The notes: generated by a model from the letters alone, not told the origin. 64,000 nt of DNA from an uncultured Verrucomicrobiae bacterium (GCA_963769025.1 CAVYKI010000009.1:704001-768000); one strand, 5' to 3'; shown: positions 10,733 through 21,493, counted from the first letter of the stretch. Numbers and translations: made by a program.

Positions 10733-12923
10733 ATGCCCAAACGCCCGAAAAAGCCCTCCGGAAAGCCGCCAGCGCAACCGATTCCCAGCGAACAGCCGGA
10801 ACTCCCCTTGATCTCCGCGCCTGAACCCGGGGCAGCGCAAATCGCATCCACAGAGCCCCCTCCTGAACCGACCAACGGCGCGACAGGCGATCCAGCCAGC
10901 GAGCCGCAGGCCGACGCGATGCCAGCCGAGCGCGCAAGGAGGGGGAGAAGGTGCAGGATGAGCAGGCTCCGCTGGCGCAGAGCTATCGCAACTGGTTCCT
11001 CGACTACGCCAGCTACGTCATCCTCGATCGCGCGGTGCCGCACATCGATGACGGGCTGAAGCCGGTGCAGCGGCGCGTGCTGCACACGCTTTGGGACATG
11101 GACGACGGGCGCTTCCACAAGGTCGCGAATGTCGTCGGCGCGACGATGAAGCTGCATCCGCACGGCGACGCCTCGATCGGCGCGGCGCTCGTGTCGCATC
11201 GGGCAGCGCGGCTGGCTCATCGAGCCGCAGGGGAATTACGGCAACACTGCTCACCGGCGACGATGCGGCGGCGCCGCGTTACATCGAGGCGCGGCTCACG
11301 GCGTTCGCGAAGGACGTGCTCTTCAACCCGAAGACGACGACGTGGCAGCTCAGCTACGACGGGCGCAACAAGGAGCCGATCACGCTGCCGGCGAAGTTTC
11401 CCATCGTGCTGCTCGAAGGCGCGGACGGCATCGCGGTCGGGCTCTCGACGAAGATCCTGCCGCACAATTTCAACGACCTCTGCCGCGCGGCGATCAATCA
11501 TCTGCAGGGGAAAAACTTCCGCATCCTCCCGGACTTCCCGACCGGCGGCACCGCGGATTTTTCCGAGTACAACGACGGCGAGCGCGGCGGCAAGGTGAAG
11601 GTGCGCGCGAAGCATCGAGGTGCGTTCGAAGTATCTGCTCGCGGTCACGGAGCTGCCTTACGGCGTCACGACGGAGTCGCTCATCGAGTCGATCCTCGCG
11701 GCGAATGCGAAGGGCAAGATCAAGGTCAAGCACGTGGACGACAACACGGCGGACAAGGTGGAGATTCTCATCCATCTGCCGCAGGGCGCGGAGCCGGAGA
11801 AAGTCATCCAGCAGCTCTACGTCTTCACGAGCTGCCAGGTGCAGCTCAATCCCGCCGCGTGCGTCATCGTGCGCAATCCCGAGACCGGCGACGACAAGCC
11901 GCATTTCCTCGGCGTGCGCGACATTCTCAAGACGCAGCGCGGAGGCGACGAAGGCGCTGCTGAAGCGCGAACTCGAAATCAAGCTCGGCGAACTCGAACA
12001 GCAGTGGCACTGGGATTCGCTGGAGCGCATTTTCATCGAGGAGCGCATCTATCGGAACATCGAGAAATCGAAGACGTGGGAGAGCGTGCTCGCGGAGATC
12101 CGCGACGGGCCTGAAGCCGTTCCTCAAGCAACTCCGCCGCGAGGTGACCGAGGAGGACATCGTCCGGCTCACCGAGATCCGCATCAAACGCATCTCGGCC
12201 TACAACCGCTTCCAGGCCGACGAGGCGATGAAGAAGATCGAGGAGGGCATGAAGGAGACGAAGGCGAACCTCAAGAACCTCACCGGCTACGCCGTCGCGT
12301 GGTTCGAGATGCTGCAGGCAAAAATACGGCAAGGGCATCAAGCGCCGCACCAGCTACGACGAGATCGAGCAGATCGACGCCTCCGCCGTCGTCTCCGCGA
12401 ACCAGCGCCTCTACGTGAACCGCAAGGACGGCTTCATCGGGCTGAACTGGCGGCAGCACGAGTTCGTGCAGGAGTGCACGATCCTCGACAGCGTGCTCAC
12501 GATCATGAAGGACGGCTCGCTGAAGGTCGCGAAGGTCGCGGACAAGGTTTTCATGGGCCGCGAGATCATCCACATCGCGATCTGGCCGAAGGACGGCGAC
12601 ACGAACTTCTACACGATGGTCTACCAGGACGGCGAAACGGGGAAGGCCTTCGCGAAGAAGTTCCAGATCGGCGGCCTCTCGCGCGACAAGCTCTACCCGC
12701 TGGTGAAGTCCGAGAGGCTCGCGCATCGTTTATCTCGCACATCGCCGCCACGGAAAAGGAAATGCCGAAGACGCTCCACGTCTCGCTCGACGGCCGCAGC
12801 GGCGCGCGCGTGCGGGAGATCGATTTCGATCTGACGTCGTTGCCCGTGAGCTCCCGCACTTCCAAGGGACTGACCGTGAGCAAGTGGGCGATCAAGGATG
12901 TGACCGCTCCAAAAACCAAGTAG
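10733..12923 (+). CDS. parC: DNA topoisomerase IV subunit A (GyrA/ParC family), multiple apparent frameshifts
   Basis: FLDYASYVILDRAVPHIDDGLKPVQRR, HPHGDASI, catalytic AAAPRYIEARL, GIAVGLSTKILPHNF, PDFPTGG; reading frame broken by repeated single-base insertions. Confidence 0.88.
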
Positions 12924-13268
12924 CCGGCCCGGAAATTTGATGATGATGCGCGCTGGCCGCGGCTGGGGTTGACGGACTTTGCGACGTGGATGCGAATGGA
13001 TAGTTCCTCGTGTCCAGTGTCGTGACTGCGATCTGATCGGCTCACGGCGGCCTGCTCCCGCGGAATACGGACTGCTGCACGGCGGTGAGTCGCGCGCCGG
13101 CGGTGTGAGCGTCGCTTTTCGTCGCAGCTGCGGCGGCTTCTTGCTTGCTCGCTGACGGCGAGGCTGGGAGCATCACGCCCGTCCCCTCCCCGGTGCTGCT
13201 CTTCGTCTTGGTCGTCCACGTTTCGGCCGGCGCGAAAGCGGTTTCCATCAAGCATCAATCCACGCCAA

Positions 13269-14828
13269 ATGAACAAACGAAGCGCACGCCATTGGTTCGC
13301 CATCGCCACCACACTCGCGATGCTTTCATTTCCCCTGGTCGCGGAGACCCGACAAACCGGACGCGGCAACGGCGGCGGCAGCCCCGTTGGGAATCCGAGC
13401 GGTGATCGCGCCGGGCACCGGGGACTCCTTGGACCGCACGCTCACGCTGGCGCACCGGTCAGGCCCTTCCATCGGCATCAGCGTCGGCCCGGGATTGATT
13501 CCATCCGCGACTGGAATGAGATCGCGTTGAATGCCACCGGTCTGGACCACACGCCTGTCGCGCCGGGTGAAGGCCGTGTTTTCGGCGAGCAATTCGGCCC
13601 CTGCCGGGCAAGCCGGGCGATGGCCATCGTCCACGTTGCCATGTTCGACGTGGTGAATGCGGTGGTGGGCGGCTACGAAGGCTACACGTCGCTGCCGCCG
13701 GCCAGGAGCCGCACCTGCATCAACGCGGCGGTGGCGCAGGCAGCCCACGACACCTTGTGCGCACTTTACCCCTCGCAGAAGCCGACCTTCGATGCCGAAC
13801 TGGCCAGGGATCTTGACGCCCTGCGGAATGACCCGGGCAAGGCGAATGGCATCGCGCTGGGCCGCCGGGAGGCGGAATTGATCCTCGCGTTGCGGGCCAA
13901 CGATGGTTCGCATTTTGCAGATCCGCTGGTTGGCAGCGAATTCATCACCGGCAGCAATCCCGGCAACTGGCGCCAGGACCCGGTCAGCCTGTGGCCTACT
14001 GCCATCGGTGCGTATTGGAGCAGCGTGAAACCATTCGTCCTGCAGACGGGCAGCCAGTTTCGGCTCCCGGTCCCGCCAGCGCTGAGCAGCGCGGCGTACG
14101 CAGCCGCATTCGACGAGGTCAAACGCCTCGGCGGTGACGGAATCACAACGCCCACCGAGCGGACCGACGAACAGACATTCATCGGCATTTTCTGGGCCTA
14201 CGACGGCACCCCCAGCCTCTGCGCACCGCCGCGGATGTACAATCAGATCGTGACACTCATCGCCGGGCAGATGCGCTCCAGCGATCTCGAACTCGCGCGG
14301 CTCCTCGCATTGGCAAATCTTGCGATGGGCGACGCCGCGATCACGTCGTGGGAATCGAAATTCTTTTACCAGCTGTGGCGGCCGATCACCGGAATCCGGG
14401 AGGCTGATACCGACGGCAATCCCCTCACAACGGCGGACCCGACCTTCACCCCGCTCGGCGCACCCGCGAGCAATCTGATCGGCCCCAATTTTACGCCCCC
14501 CTTCCCCGCCTGCCCCTCCGGACATGCGACCTTCGGCGGGGCCGTGTTCCAGGTGCTGCGGCGGCATTACAAGAGGGACCGGTTCCAGTTCACCTTCGTG
14601 TCCGACGAGTTCAATGGCTCCACGACGGACAACCAAGGCAATCTGCGCCCGCTCCGCCCGCGCAATTTCACGTCGTTTTCCCAAGCAGAGGAGGAAAACG
14701 CGCAAAGCCGGATCTACCTCGGCATCCACTGGAGCTTCGACAAGGACCTGGGCATCGCCCTCGGCAGGAAAGTGGGCGACTACGTATTCGAAAACGCGCT
14801 GCGCCCATTGCGCGGATCGCGCCGTTAA
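13269..14828 (+). CDS. Secreted vanadium-dependent haloperoxidase (PAP2 superfamily)
   Basis: Signal peptide; vanadate-site motifs WESKFFYQLWRP, PPFPACPSGH, SRIYLGIHW. Confidence 0.88.
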   Translation: MNKRSARHWFAIATTLAMLSFPLVAETRQTGRGNGGGSPVGNPSGDRAGHRGLLGPHAHAGAPVRPFHRHQRRPGIDSIRDWNEIALNATGLDHTPVAPGEGRVFGEQFGPCRASRAMAIVHVAMFDVVNAVVGGYEGYTSLPPARSRTCINAAVAQAAHDTLCALYPSQKPTFDAELARDLDALRNDPGKANGIALGRREAELILALRANDGSHFADPLVGSEFITGSNPGNWRQDPVSLWPTAIGAYWSSVKPFVLQTGSQFRLPVPPALSSAAYAAAFDEVKRLGGDGITTPTERTDEQTFIGIFWAYDGTPSLCAPPRMYNQIVTLIAGQMRSSDLELARLLALANLAMGDAAITSWESKFFYQLWRPITGIREADTDGNPLTTADPTFTPLGAPASNLIGPNFTPPFPACPSGHATFGGAVFQVLRRHYKRDRFQFTFVSDEFNGSTTDNQGNLRPLRPRNFTSFSQAEEENAQSRIYLGIHWSFDKDLGIALGRKVGDYVFENALRPLRGSRR

Positions 14829-15052
14829 GAGTCCCGCACCTGCTTGCACCACGACGCGCGGCGACCAGGCCGCAGGGAAAATGCCTGCCAGGATGACGGG
14901 CAACTGAGATGCGTTTCTCTCCAGCCTGCGCTCGTGAAGCGCTGCATTCGAAGAACATGGACGCTCCCGTACGACGCGAAGGCAATGGCGAACTCCGTTG
15001 CCCAAATCCGCTCACCTTCTGCATCCATGTGGCCCCCCTCCTTTCAAGTTGG

Positions 15053-15085
15053 GGGGTACTCGGGGCGGGACTTGAACCCGCACGG
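15053..15085 (-). repeat. att site: 33-bp copy of the tRNA-Leu 3' end (left island boundary)
   Basis: GGGGTACTCGGGGCGGGACTTGAACCCGCACGG is identical to 43076-43108. Confidence 0.95.
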
Positions 15086-15192
15086 AGGGAATCCAAAACT
15101 GCGCTTCCGAGCCGCTTATCGCAGGTAAATCGGGGAAGCGGACGGTTTGGGTCACTTTGCGATTTGCGTTAAAATGTGCGTATCGGCGTTAG

Positions 15193-15214
15193 AATTTGCC
15201 ACGGATTGCCACGG
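15193..15214 (+). promoter_or_regulatory. Putative integrase arm-type binding sites (tandem TTGCCACGG)
   Basis: AATTTGCCACGGATTGCCACGG about 110 bp inside the left att; near-identical to 42972-42994. Confidence 0.7.
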
Positions 15215-15247
15215 AACTGGCCAGACCGATTCCGCGCGGCGAGCAAC

Positions 15248-15380
15248 TTGCAGTCGGTCGCGGCGGGCGGGTATCACACGGTGGCGGTGAAGAGCGACGG
15301 CACGCTCTGGGCGTGGGGAGAGAACGGCAATGGCCAGCTTGGCGATGGCCCCACGACGCAGCGTCTTAGCCCCGTGCGCC
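15248..15380 (+). pseudogene. RCC1-repeat protein fragment
   Basis: One repeat only: [43 protein letters not shown]. Confidence 0.75.
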
Positions 15381-15621
15381 GCCGTAGGTACGCACCCACG
15401 TGATGGGGTCTGAAGTTGACGACTCGATGTGCTGGCGGCGCGCCGCGGAAGATCGGGCGAACGCCCGTGGCGATTTTGTGATGGTGGCTGCTGCCGGCAC
15501 TGGCAGCATCATGCGGATGTCACTCCCCGACGCTGATCCGGGTTTTGGCCGCCCCCGGGGCGGCGGGCGCAAAAGCGATTTCCTTTTGGTCAGCCAGTAG
15601 CACTCTGCTCACCCCCTCTCC

Positions 15622-16938
15622 ATGCCAGCCCCCCGCAAACTCCTCATCATCGGCGGCGGTTTCGCCGGTCTCGACTGCGCCAAGACCCTCGCCAACGACG
15701 AGCGCTTCGAAATCACCCTGGTGGACCGCACCAACCACCACCTTTTCCAGCCCCTCCTCTATCAGGTGGCCACCGCCTCACTCGCCGCCCCAGACATCGC
15801 CCGCTCCATCCGGCAGATCCTCTGCGATGCGAAAAACGTCACCGTCCTCATGGACGAGATCACCGACATCGATCCCATCGGGAAATCAGCCACCGGCAGC
15901 TCCGGGACTGTCTATTCGTTCGACTGGCTTCTCCTCGCGGCGGGCGCGCGAAACGGGTATTTCGGAAACGACGCATGGGCGACTCACAGCCTCGGACTCA
16001 AGTCCCTCGCCGACGCCCAGAACATCCGCCGCACCGTCCTCTCCAACCTCGAACGTGCCGAACTCACCACCGACGAGGCCGAGCGCGGCCGCCTCATGAC
16101 AGTCGCCATCGTCGGCGGCGGACCCACAGGCGTCGAGCTCGCCGGGGCGTTCGCGGATCTCGTCCACCGCTCGTTGAAATCCAATTTCCGCCGGATCGAT
16201 ACCTCCAAGCTCCGCATCATCCTGATAGAGGGGTCCGAACTCGTCCTGGAGGCTTACGACCGCGAGCAAAGCCTCTATGCCCGGCAACGTCTGGAAAAAC
16301 TCGGCGTCGAGGTCCGCAACAACACCCGCGTCACCAACGTCCGCGCCGGCGCCCTCGATTTCAACGACGGCACCGTCCTCGAGGCTGCCGCCATCATCTG
16401 GGCCGCGGGAGTCGCCGCCAATCCCCTCACCTCCTGCCTCGGCGTCCCCACCGACCGCGGTGGCTGCGTCATCCCGAATCCCGACCTGTCGCTTCCCGGC
16501 CTGCCGGACATCTTCGTCGCCGGCGATCTCGCCGCCGTGAAGGAGAGCGATGGCAAGCCTGTGCCCGGAGTCGCCCCGGCGGCCGCGCAAATGGGAGTCC
16601 ACGTCGCCAAGCTGCTCAAGGAGGAACTCCGCCATGGACAAGGACATCCCGGCGAACGCAAGCACGGCGTCCGCCCGCGCTTCCATTATCGGGACAAGGG
16701 CATGATGGCCATCATCGGAAAAAACTATGCCGTCGTGAAAGCGGGGAAATTCCGCCTCCAGGGCTTTGTGGCCTGGCTCGCGTGGCTCTTCATCCACATC
16801 ACGTTCCTGCTGGGATTCCGCAACAAGCTCGCCGTTCTGCTCGGCTGGGCCTACGCCTACGTCTTCAGCAATCCCGAGGCACGCATCATCATCAACCCGC
16901 CCGTCGCCTCGGTCCCCGGCAAGACACCGCTGGCGTGA
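15622..16938 (+). CDS. ndh: Type II NADH dehydrogenase
   Basis: IIGGGFAG, HHLFQPLLYQVAT, IVGGGPTGVELAG, IFVAGD, VPGVAPAA, YRDKGMMA. Confidence 0.93.
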   Translation: MPAPRKLLIIGGGFAGLDCAKTLANDERFEITLVDRTNHHLFQPLLYQVATASLAAPDIARSIRQILCDAKNVTVLMDEITDIDPIGKSATGSSGTVYSFDWLLLAAGARNGYFGNDAWATHSLGLKSLADAQNIRRTVLSNLERAELTTDEAERGRLMTVAIVGGGPTGVELAGAFADLVHRSLKSNFRRIDTSKLRIILIEGSELVLEAYDREQSLYARQRLEKLGVEVRNNTRVTNVRAGALDFNDGTVLEAAAIIWAAGVAANPLTSCLGVPTDRGGCVIPNPDLSLPGLPDIFVAGDLAAVKESDGKPVPGVAPAAAQMGVHVAKLLKEELRHGQGHPGERKHGVRPRFHYRDKGMMAIIGKNYAVVKAGKFRLQGFVAWLAWLFIHITFLLGFRNKLAVLLGWAYAYVFSNPEARIIINPPVASVPGKTPLA

Positions 16939-17041
16939 GCCTCCGTCAAAACGAGCGTTCTCCAATGTCTGCGCGCAGCAGTAATCTCAGCAACACCGCG
17001 CAGGGTCACATCGAGAGGACGCAGGGCAATTCGCAGAACTC

Positions 17042-18526
17042 ATGAAACTTCCACCGCACAAAACCAAGATCGTCGCCACCATCGGCCCCGCGTCGGACTC
17101 GCCGGAGATGCTGGAGCGCCTGATTCGCGCGGGGGTGAATGTCGCGCGCCTCAATTTCTCCCACGGCAATTTAGCCGATCACGCCGAGACCATCGTCCGC
17201 ATCCGGGCCGCGGAAAAGGCCACGGGCGGTCACGTCACCATCATGGCCGATCTGCCCGGGCCAAAGATACGTCTCGGCCAGATCGCGCCGGAGCCGATCC
17301 TGCTCGCCGCCGGCGATGCATTCACGCTGACCAGCGAAGACATCGTGGGCGACGCCCGGCGCGTCTCGATGAGCTTCGAGCCGCTGCCGCGCGTGGTGAA
17401 AACGGGCGACCGTCTCTTTCTCAATGACGGCCTTGTGCAACTGCTCGTCGAGCGCGTCGAGGGCCGTGATGTGCATTGCAAAGTCGCGGTCGGTGGCGAG
17501 CTCCGCTCGAAGAAAGGACTCAATCTTCCGGGAATCAAGCTCGGCATCGGCGCGTTCACCGATCGTGATCGCGAGTGTCTGGAGTTTGCGCTGAAGAGTG
17601 GCGTCGACGCGGTGGGCCAGTCATTCGTCGAGGGTGCTGCGGACGTCGAAGCTGTGCGGGCGGCCGCCGCGGCACACGGCAAAAGTCCCTTCATCATCGC
17701 GAAGATCGAACGCTTGGATGCGCTGGAATACCTCGATGAAATCCTGCGAACCTCCGATGGAATCATGGTGGCGCGTGGCGATCTCGGCGTCGAGGCGCCG
17801 ATCGAACAAATGGCCGTGATCCAAAAGCAGATCATCGCGAAAGCCACTGACGCCGGGAAGCCGGTCATCACGGCAACACAGATGCTTGAATCCATGACCA
17901 CGAGCCGCCTGCCGACGCGTGCAGAGGCGACGGATGTCGCCAATGCCATCCTCGACGGCACCGATTGCGTCATGCTCTCCGGCGAATCCGCCATCGGCAA
18001 ATTCCCGGAGGAAGCGGTGATAATGCTGGCGAAAATCGCGACGAGCGCGGAGGCGCATCGCGAAGCGAGGAGACAGGATGGATCGCATGCCGAGCGCCAA
18101 ATGGCCGCGCCGACCACCGCCGACGAGGCGATCTCCGATGTCGTGCAGTATTCCCTCGGCGCCGTGCCTTGCTCGGCGGTGTTTGTCCCCACCCACACCG
18201 GCACGACTGCGCGTATGATCTCGCGCTTCAAAACCGGCGTCTGGATTGTCGGCGTCAGCCGCGATGTCGCAGTCTGTCAGGGTCTGGGATTTTCCTACGG
18301 CGTCCGCGCTCTCCATGTGGATGACGATCCCGCCGACTGGCGCGAATTTTCCGGCAATTGGTTCCGCGATCACGACGTTCCCGCCCGCCTCGCCATCCTG
18401 CTCGCCGGTCCTTCCACGGAAAACCCGGACGCCAACTACCGCATCGAGTTCCTGCGCTTCGCTCAACCTCACTACAGACCCCCACACTCCGTTACCCCCA
18501 TTCACGCCGTCGTTGGCGGCGTATGA
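17042..18526 (+). CDS. pyk: Pyruvate kinase
   Basis: [65 protein letters not shown]. Confidence 0.95.
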   Translation: MKLPPHKTKIVATIGPASDSPEMLERLIRAGVNVARLNFSHGNLADHAETIVRIRAAEKATGGHVTIMADLPGPKIRLGQIAPEPILLAAGDAFTLTSEDIVGDARRVSMSFEPLPRVVKTGDRLFLNDGLVQLLVERVEGRDVHCKVAVGGELRSKKGLNLPGIKLGIGAFTDRDRECLEFALKSGVDAVGQSFVEGAADVEAVRAAAAAHGKSPFIIAKIERLDALEYLDEILRTSDGIMVARGDLGVEAPIEQMAVIQKQIIAKATDAGKPVITATQMLESMTTSRLPTRAEATDVANAILDGTDCVMLSGESAIGKFPEEAVIMLAKIATSAEAHREARRQDGSHAERQMAAPTTADEAISDVVQYSLGAVPCSAVFVPTHTGTTARMISRFKTGVWIVGVSRDVAVCQGLGFSYGVRALHVDDDPADWREFSGNWFRDHDVPARLAILLAGPSTENPDANYRIEFLRFAQPHYRPPHSVTPIHAVVGGV

Positions 18527-18713
18527 GGCGTGTTTGAAGGCAACCAGCACCGCTCAAGCGCCCTGGCATGTCGTTCCCGCCGACTGCAAGAAAAATGCCA
18601 GGCTAATCATCTCAGAGATCATCCTCGATACCATGAAGGAACTCAGCATGAGTTATCCGACAGTCGGCAAGGCGCGCCTCAAGGAATTGCAGGCCATCCG
18701 CAAAGAGCTTTGA
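18515..18713 (+). pseudogene. ppk2: C-terminal fragment of a polyphosphate kinase 2 family protein
   Basis: [42 protein letters not shown] matches the PPK2 C-terminus; no N-terminal P-loop. Confidence 0.8.
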
Positions 18714-18742
18714 ACGCGAACTCCGATGATGAAGGTTGAACC

Positions 18743-20071
18743 ATGAAACATCTCAAACGGCTGTGGAGCAATCTGGACTCGAGCTTTTGGTTTGTGCCCT
18801 CAGTGATTTTGGCGTTCAGCGTTGCTCTCGCTGTGGCATTGATCCACTTGGATTCCAGCAAGGGCGAACAATGGCTTGCCCGCTGGCCGCGCCTGTTTGG
18901 TGCCAGCGCGGAGGGTGCCCGGGGAATGTTGTCCACGATTGCAGGTTCGATGATGACGGTGGTGGGGGTGACGTTTTCGATGATTTTGGTGACGCTGGCG
19001 CTGGCCTCGAGCCAATACACTTCACGCATCCTGCGGAACTTCATGCGCGACCGTGTCACGCAGGTCGTGCTCGGGATTTTTGCCGGTATCTTTACCTATT
19101 GCCTGATCGTGTTGCGCACCATCCGCAGCGCAGGCGATGGCTCGTTTGTTCCGGACCTGGCAGCGGCATTCGGTGTGGTGCTGGCAATCGGCGGGATCGG
19201 AGTCCTCATTTTATTCATCCATCACATCGCCGATTCGATCCAAGCCTCGAGCATCATCGCCTCGGTAGCCGCTAAGACCATGGGGGCTGTGGACCGGCTT
19301 TTCCCGGAGAAGCTTCGACAAGCGCGGGTGGACGACGCTGAAGATCAGACCTCCCTCGCTCTGCCGGAGCGGAACTGGCAGGCGGTCCCGGCCGAGGGCA
19401 ATGGTTACATTCAAAGCGTGGATAACGCGACGCTCCTGCGGCTGGCGCGGGAGCACAAGACCATCGTGCGGATGGAGCGCGGCATCGGCGAGTTCGTGGT
19501 CCATGGCACCCCTCTCGCATCGCTCGCTCTTGACGAGCCGCCGGCGAAAGAGATCGTCGCCGACCTGCAGGCGGCCTACAGCATCGACCGCCATCGCACG
19601 GTGGACCAGGATTGCGCATTCGGCATCCGGCAGCTCGTGGACATCGCACTGAGGGCACTCTCCCCGGGCATCAACGACACCACGACGGGTGTAATGTGCG
19701 TGGATTATCTGACGGCGATTCTGGCGCGGCTGGCTACCCGAAAGTTCCCTTCCTCGCATCGCCATGAGGAAGGGGAACTGAGAGTGATCACCATCGGGCC
19801 GACCTTTGCCGGCTTGGTGTCCAAATCGTTCGATCAAATCCGAGGCAGCGCCGTGGGCAATCTCGGCGTGATGCTACGGATGCTCGGCGCGCTGCAAACC
19901 ATCGGCAGTCGCACGACCAGTCCCTGCCGGCGCCGCGCGCTCCGAGAAGAAGTGCAATGGATCGCCGAAATGGCCGAACGCACCATCGAGTCACCGCACG
20001 ACCGGGAGCGGTTTGAGAGCCGGCTGGCGAATGTGCGCGAAGCACTCGGTTCCGAGACGGATCTACCGTAG
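18743..20071 (+). CDS. DUF2254 family membrane protein
   Basis: SSFWFVP, ARGMLSTIAGSMMTVVGVTFS, ASSQYTSRILRNF, FGIRQLVDIALRALSPGINDTTT. Confidence 0.88.
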   Translation: MKHLKRLWSNLDSSFWFVPSVILAFSVALAVALIHLDSSKGEQWLARWPRLFGASAEGARGMLSTIAGSMMTVVGVTFSMILVTLALASSQYTSRILRNFMRDRVTQVVLGIFAGIFTYCLIVLRTIRSAGDGSFVPDLAAAFGVVLAIGGIGVLILFIHHIADSIQASSIIASVAAKTMGAVDRLFPEKLRQARVDDAEDQTSLALPERNWQAVPAEGNGYIQSVDNATLLRLAREHKTIVRMERGIGEFVVHGTPLASLALDEPPAKEIVADLQAAYSIDRHRTVDQDCAFGIRQLVDIALRALSPGINDTTTGVMCVDYLTAILARLATRKFPSSHRHEEGELRVITIGPTFAGLVSKSFDQIRGSAVGNLGVMLRMLGALQTIGSRTTSPCRRRALREEVQWIAEMAERTIESPHDRERFESRLANVREALGSETDLP

Positions 20072-20211
20072 GAGGATTGGCGTCGGCTTTACTCCGCAAT
20101 CACGATCGCAGGAGACAGGGCGTCTCTACGGAGGAACCAAACGCCGGTTTGATGACGAGATAGCGCCCCGCTGCTCCCGTTTCGCAACGATCCGGCGTGG
20201 TTCTGTGAAGC

Positions 20212-21342
20212 TCATCTGGCCGTTGCCTCAGTGTTCACCTCTGGATGGAACGGGAAGTCGGTGTAGCCTTTGGCGGTCGGGGCGGACCACGCCTTCAGGT
20301 CTGCGGGCGGATTCAACTCCCAGCCGTGCGTGAACCGCTCCACGAGATCGGGATTGCTCAGGTAGGGCCGGCCGAACGCAATGAGGTCCGCCTGGCCGGA
20401 AGCAATCGCGGCTTCCGCCGTTTCCTGCGTGTAGCCGCAGTTGCCCAGCAGCGGCCCCGAGAAGACCGCGCGAAACTCCTGAAGCGTCATCGGCTCCCCC
20501 TGCTCGTGGAAGCCAAACGCCAGCCCGTCCACCACATGGAGATAGGCCAGTCCATAGCTGTTCAGCTGCGCGGCGACGTAGGTGAACGTCTCCCGGAAAT
20601 CAGGCGCGCCCATGTCATTGAAGTTCCCGTTGGGCGACAACCGCACCGCCACCCGGTTGGCCGGCCATACCGTGAGGATTGCTTCCACGATCTCTTTCAG
20701 AAAGCGGTAGCGGTTCTCCACGCTCCCGCCGTAACGGTCCGTCCGGTGATTGGTTTTGGAGTCGAGGAATTGGTTGATCAGATAGCCGTTGGCCGCGTGA
20801 ATTTCCACGCCGTCGAATCCGGCGGCCTTGGCCCGCTCCGCCGCCCGCCGGTAATCCTGAACGACCGCCGCCACTTCCTCCGTCTCCAGGGCGCGCGGTG
20901 TTTCATAGGGCTCCTTGCCCTTGGGCGTGTGAATGGTGTCGCCGTTGATCTTGATCGCCGAAGCCGACACCGCCGGCTTGCCCCCATGGAAGCTGCTGTG
21001 CGACGCGCGCCCGCAGTGCCAGAGCTGGAGAAAGAAGGGCGTGCCCCGGTCGCGAAGCGCCGTCGTGATTTTCTGCCAGCCGGCCACCTGCGCGTCGTTG
21101 TAAATGCCCGGCGAATCCACCCAGCCAAACCCCTGCTCGGAAATCGTCGTCGCCTCCGCGACGATGAGCCCGGCCGAGGCGCGCTGCGTGTAATACTCGA
21201 TCATCAGGTCGTTCGGCACCCGATCACGGCCGGCGCGGGCGCGAGTGAGTGGAGCCATCACCACGCGATTGCGCAACGGCAGCCCGCGCAGGTCAAAGGG
21301 GGAGAGCAGATGCGGTGAAGTGTTCGAAGCAGGGATGTTCAT
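20212..21342 (-). CDS. Old yellow enzyme family alkene reductase (NemA-like)
   Basis: NRVVMAPLTR, YYTQRASAGLI, QLWHCGRASH, GFDGVEIHAANGYLINQF, RTDRYGGS, FGRPYLSNPDL. Confidence 0.94.
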   Translation of the reverse strand: MNIPASNTSPHLLSPFDLRGLPLRNRVVMAPLTRARAGRDRVPNDLMIEYYTQRASAGLIVAEATTISEQGFGWVDSPGIYNDAQVAGWQKITTALRDRGTPFFLQLWHCGRASHSSFHGGKPAVSASAIKINGDTIHTPKGKEPYETPRALETEEVAAVVQDYRRAAERAKAAGFDGVEIHAANGYLINQFLDSKTNHRTDRYGGSVENRYRFLKEIVEAILTVWPANRVAVRLSPNGNFNDMGAPDFRETFTYVAAQLNSYGLAYLHVVDGLAFGFHEQGEPMTLQEFRAVFSGPLLGNCGYTQETAEAAIASGQADLIAFGRPYLSNPDLVERFTHGWELNPPADLKAWSAPTAKGYTDFPFHPEVNTEATAR

Positions 21343-21493
21343 AAGTTTGATTGCCAGCAGGATCGGCCGTGCGCCCGCAGGTTTATCGGCAGAGTGGCGG
21401 TCTTGGATGGCTCGATGGCGCTGAAGACCGATTTAATTTTGATCATGGCGTCAGACGGACGATGAGTTTGGTGATTTTGGCGGGGCTACTCCG

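Noticed and set aside
8838..12923. Programmed frameshifting or true pseudogenes in parE/parC (also the breaks at ~30915, ~44900, ~45195, ~56975, ~57440)
   Set aside because: The breaks are almost all +1 insertions without consistent slippery motifs or nonsense decay, which is typical of long-read consensus error.
13042..13251. Small Ser/Thr/Ala-rich ORF as a RiPP precursor for the haloperoxidase
   Set aside because: No leader motif and no maturation or transport genes nearby; probably a spurious ORF in a promoter region.
13326..15005. Long antisense or alternate-frame ORFs (e.g. 13326-15005, 48971-50287, 59655-61139, 61299-62819)
   Set aside because: Shadows of real genes, expected in high-GC DNA; no motifs of their own.
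15053..15085. Second tRNA gene
   Set aside because: Only the T-arm and 3' acceptor strand are present; it is an att duplicate.
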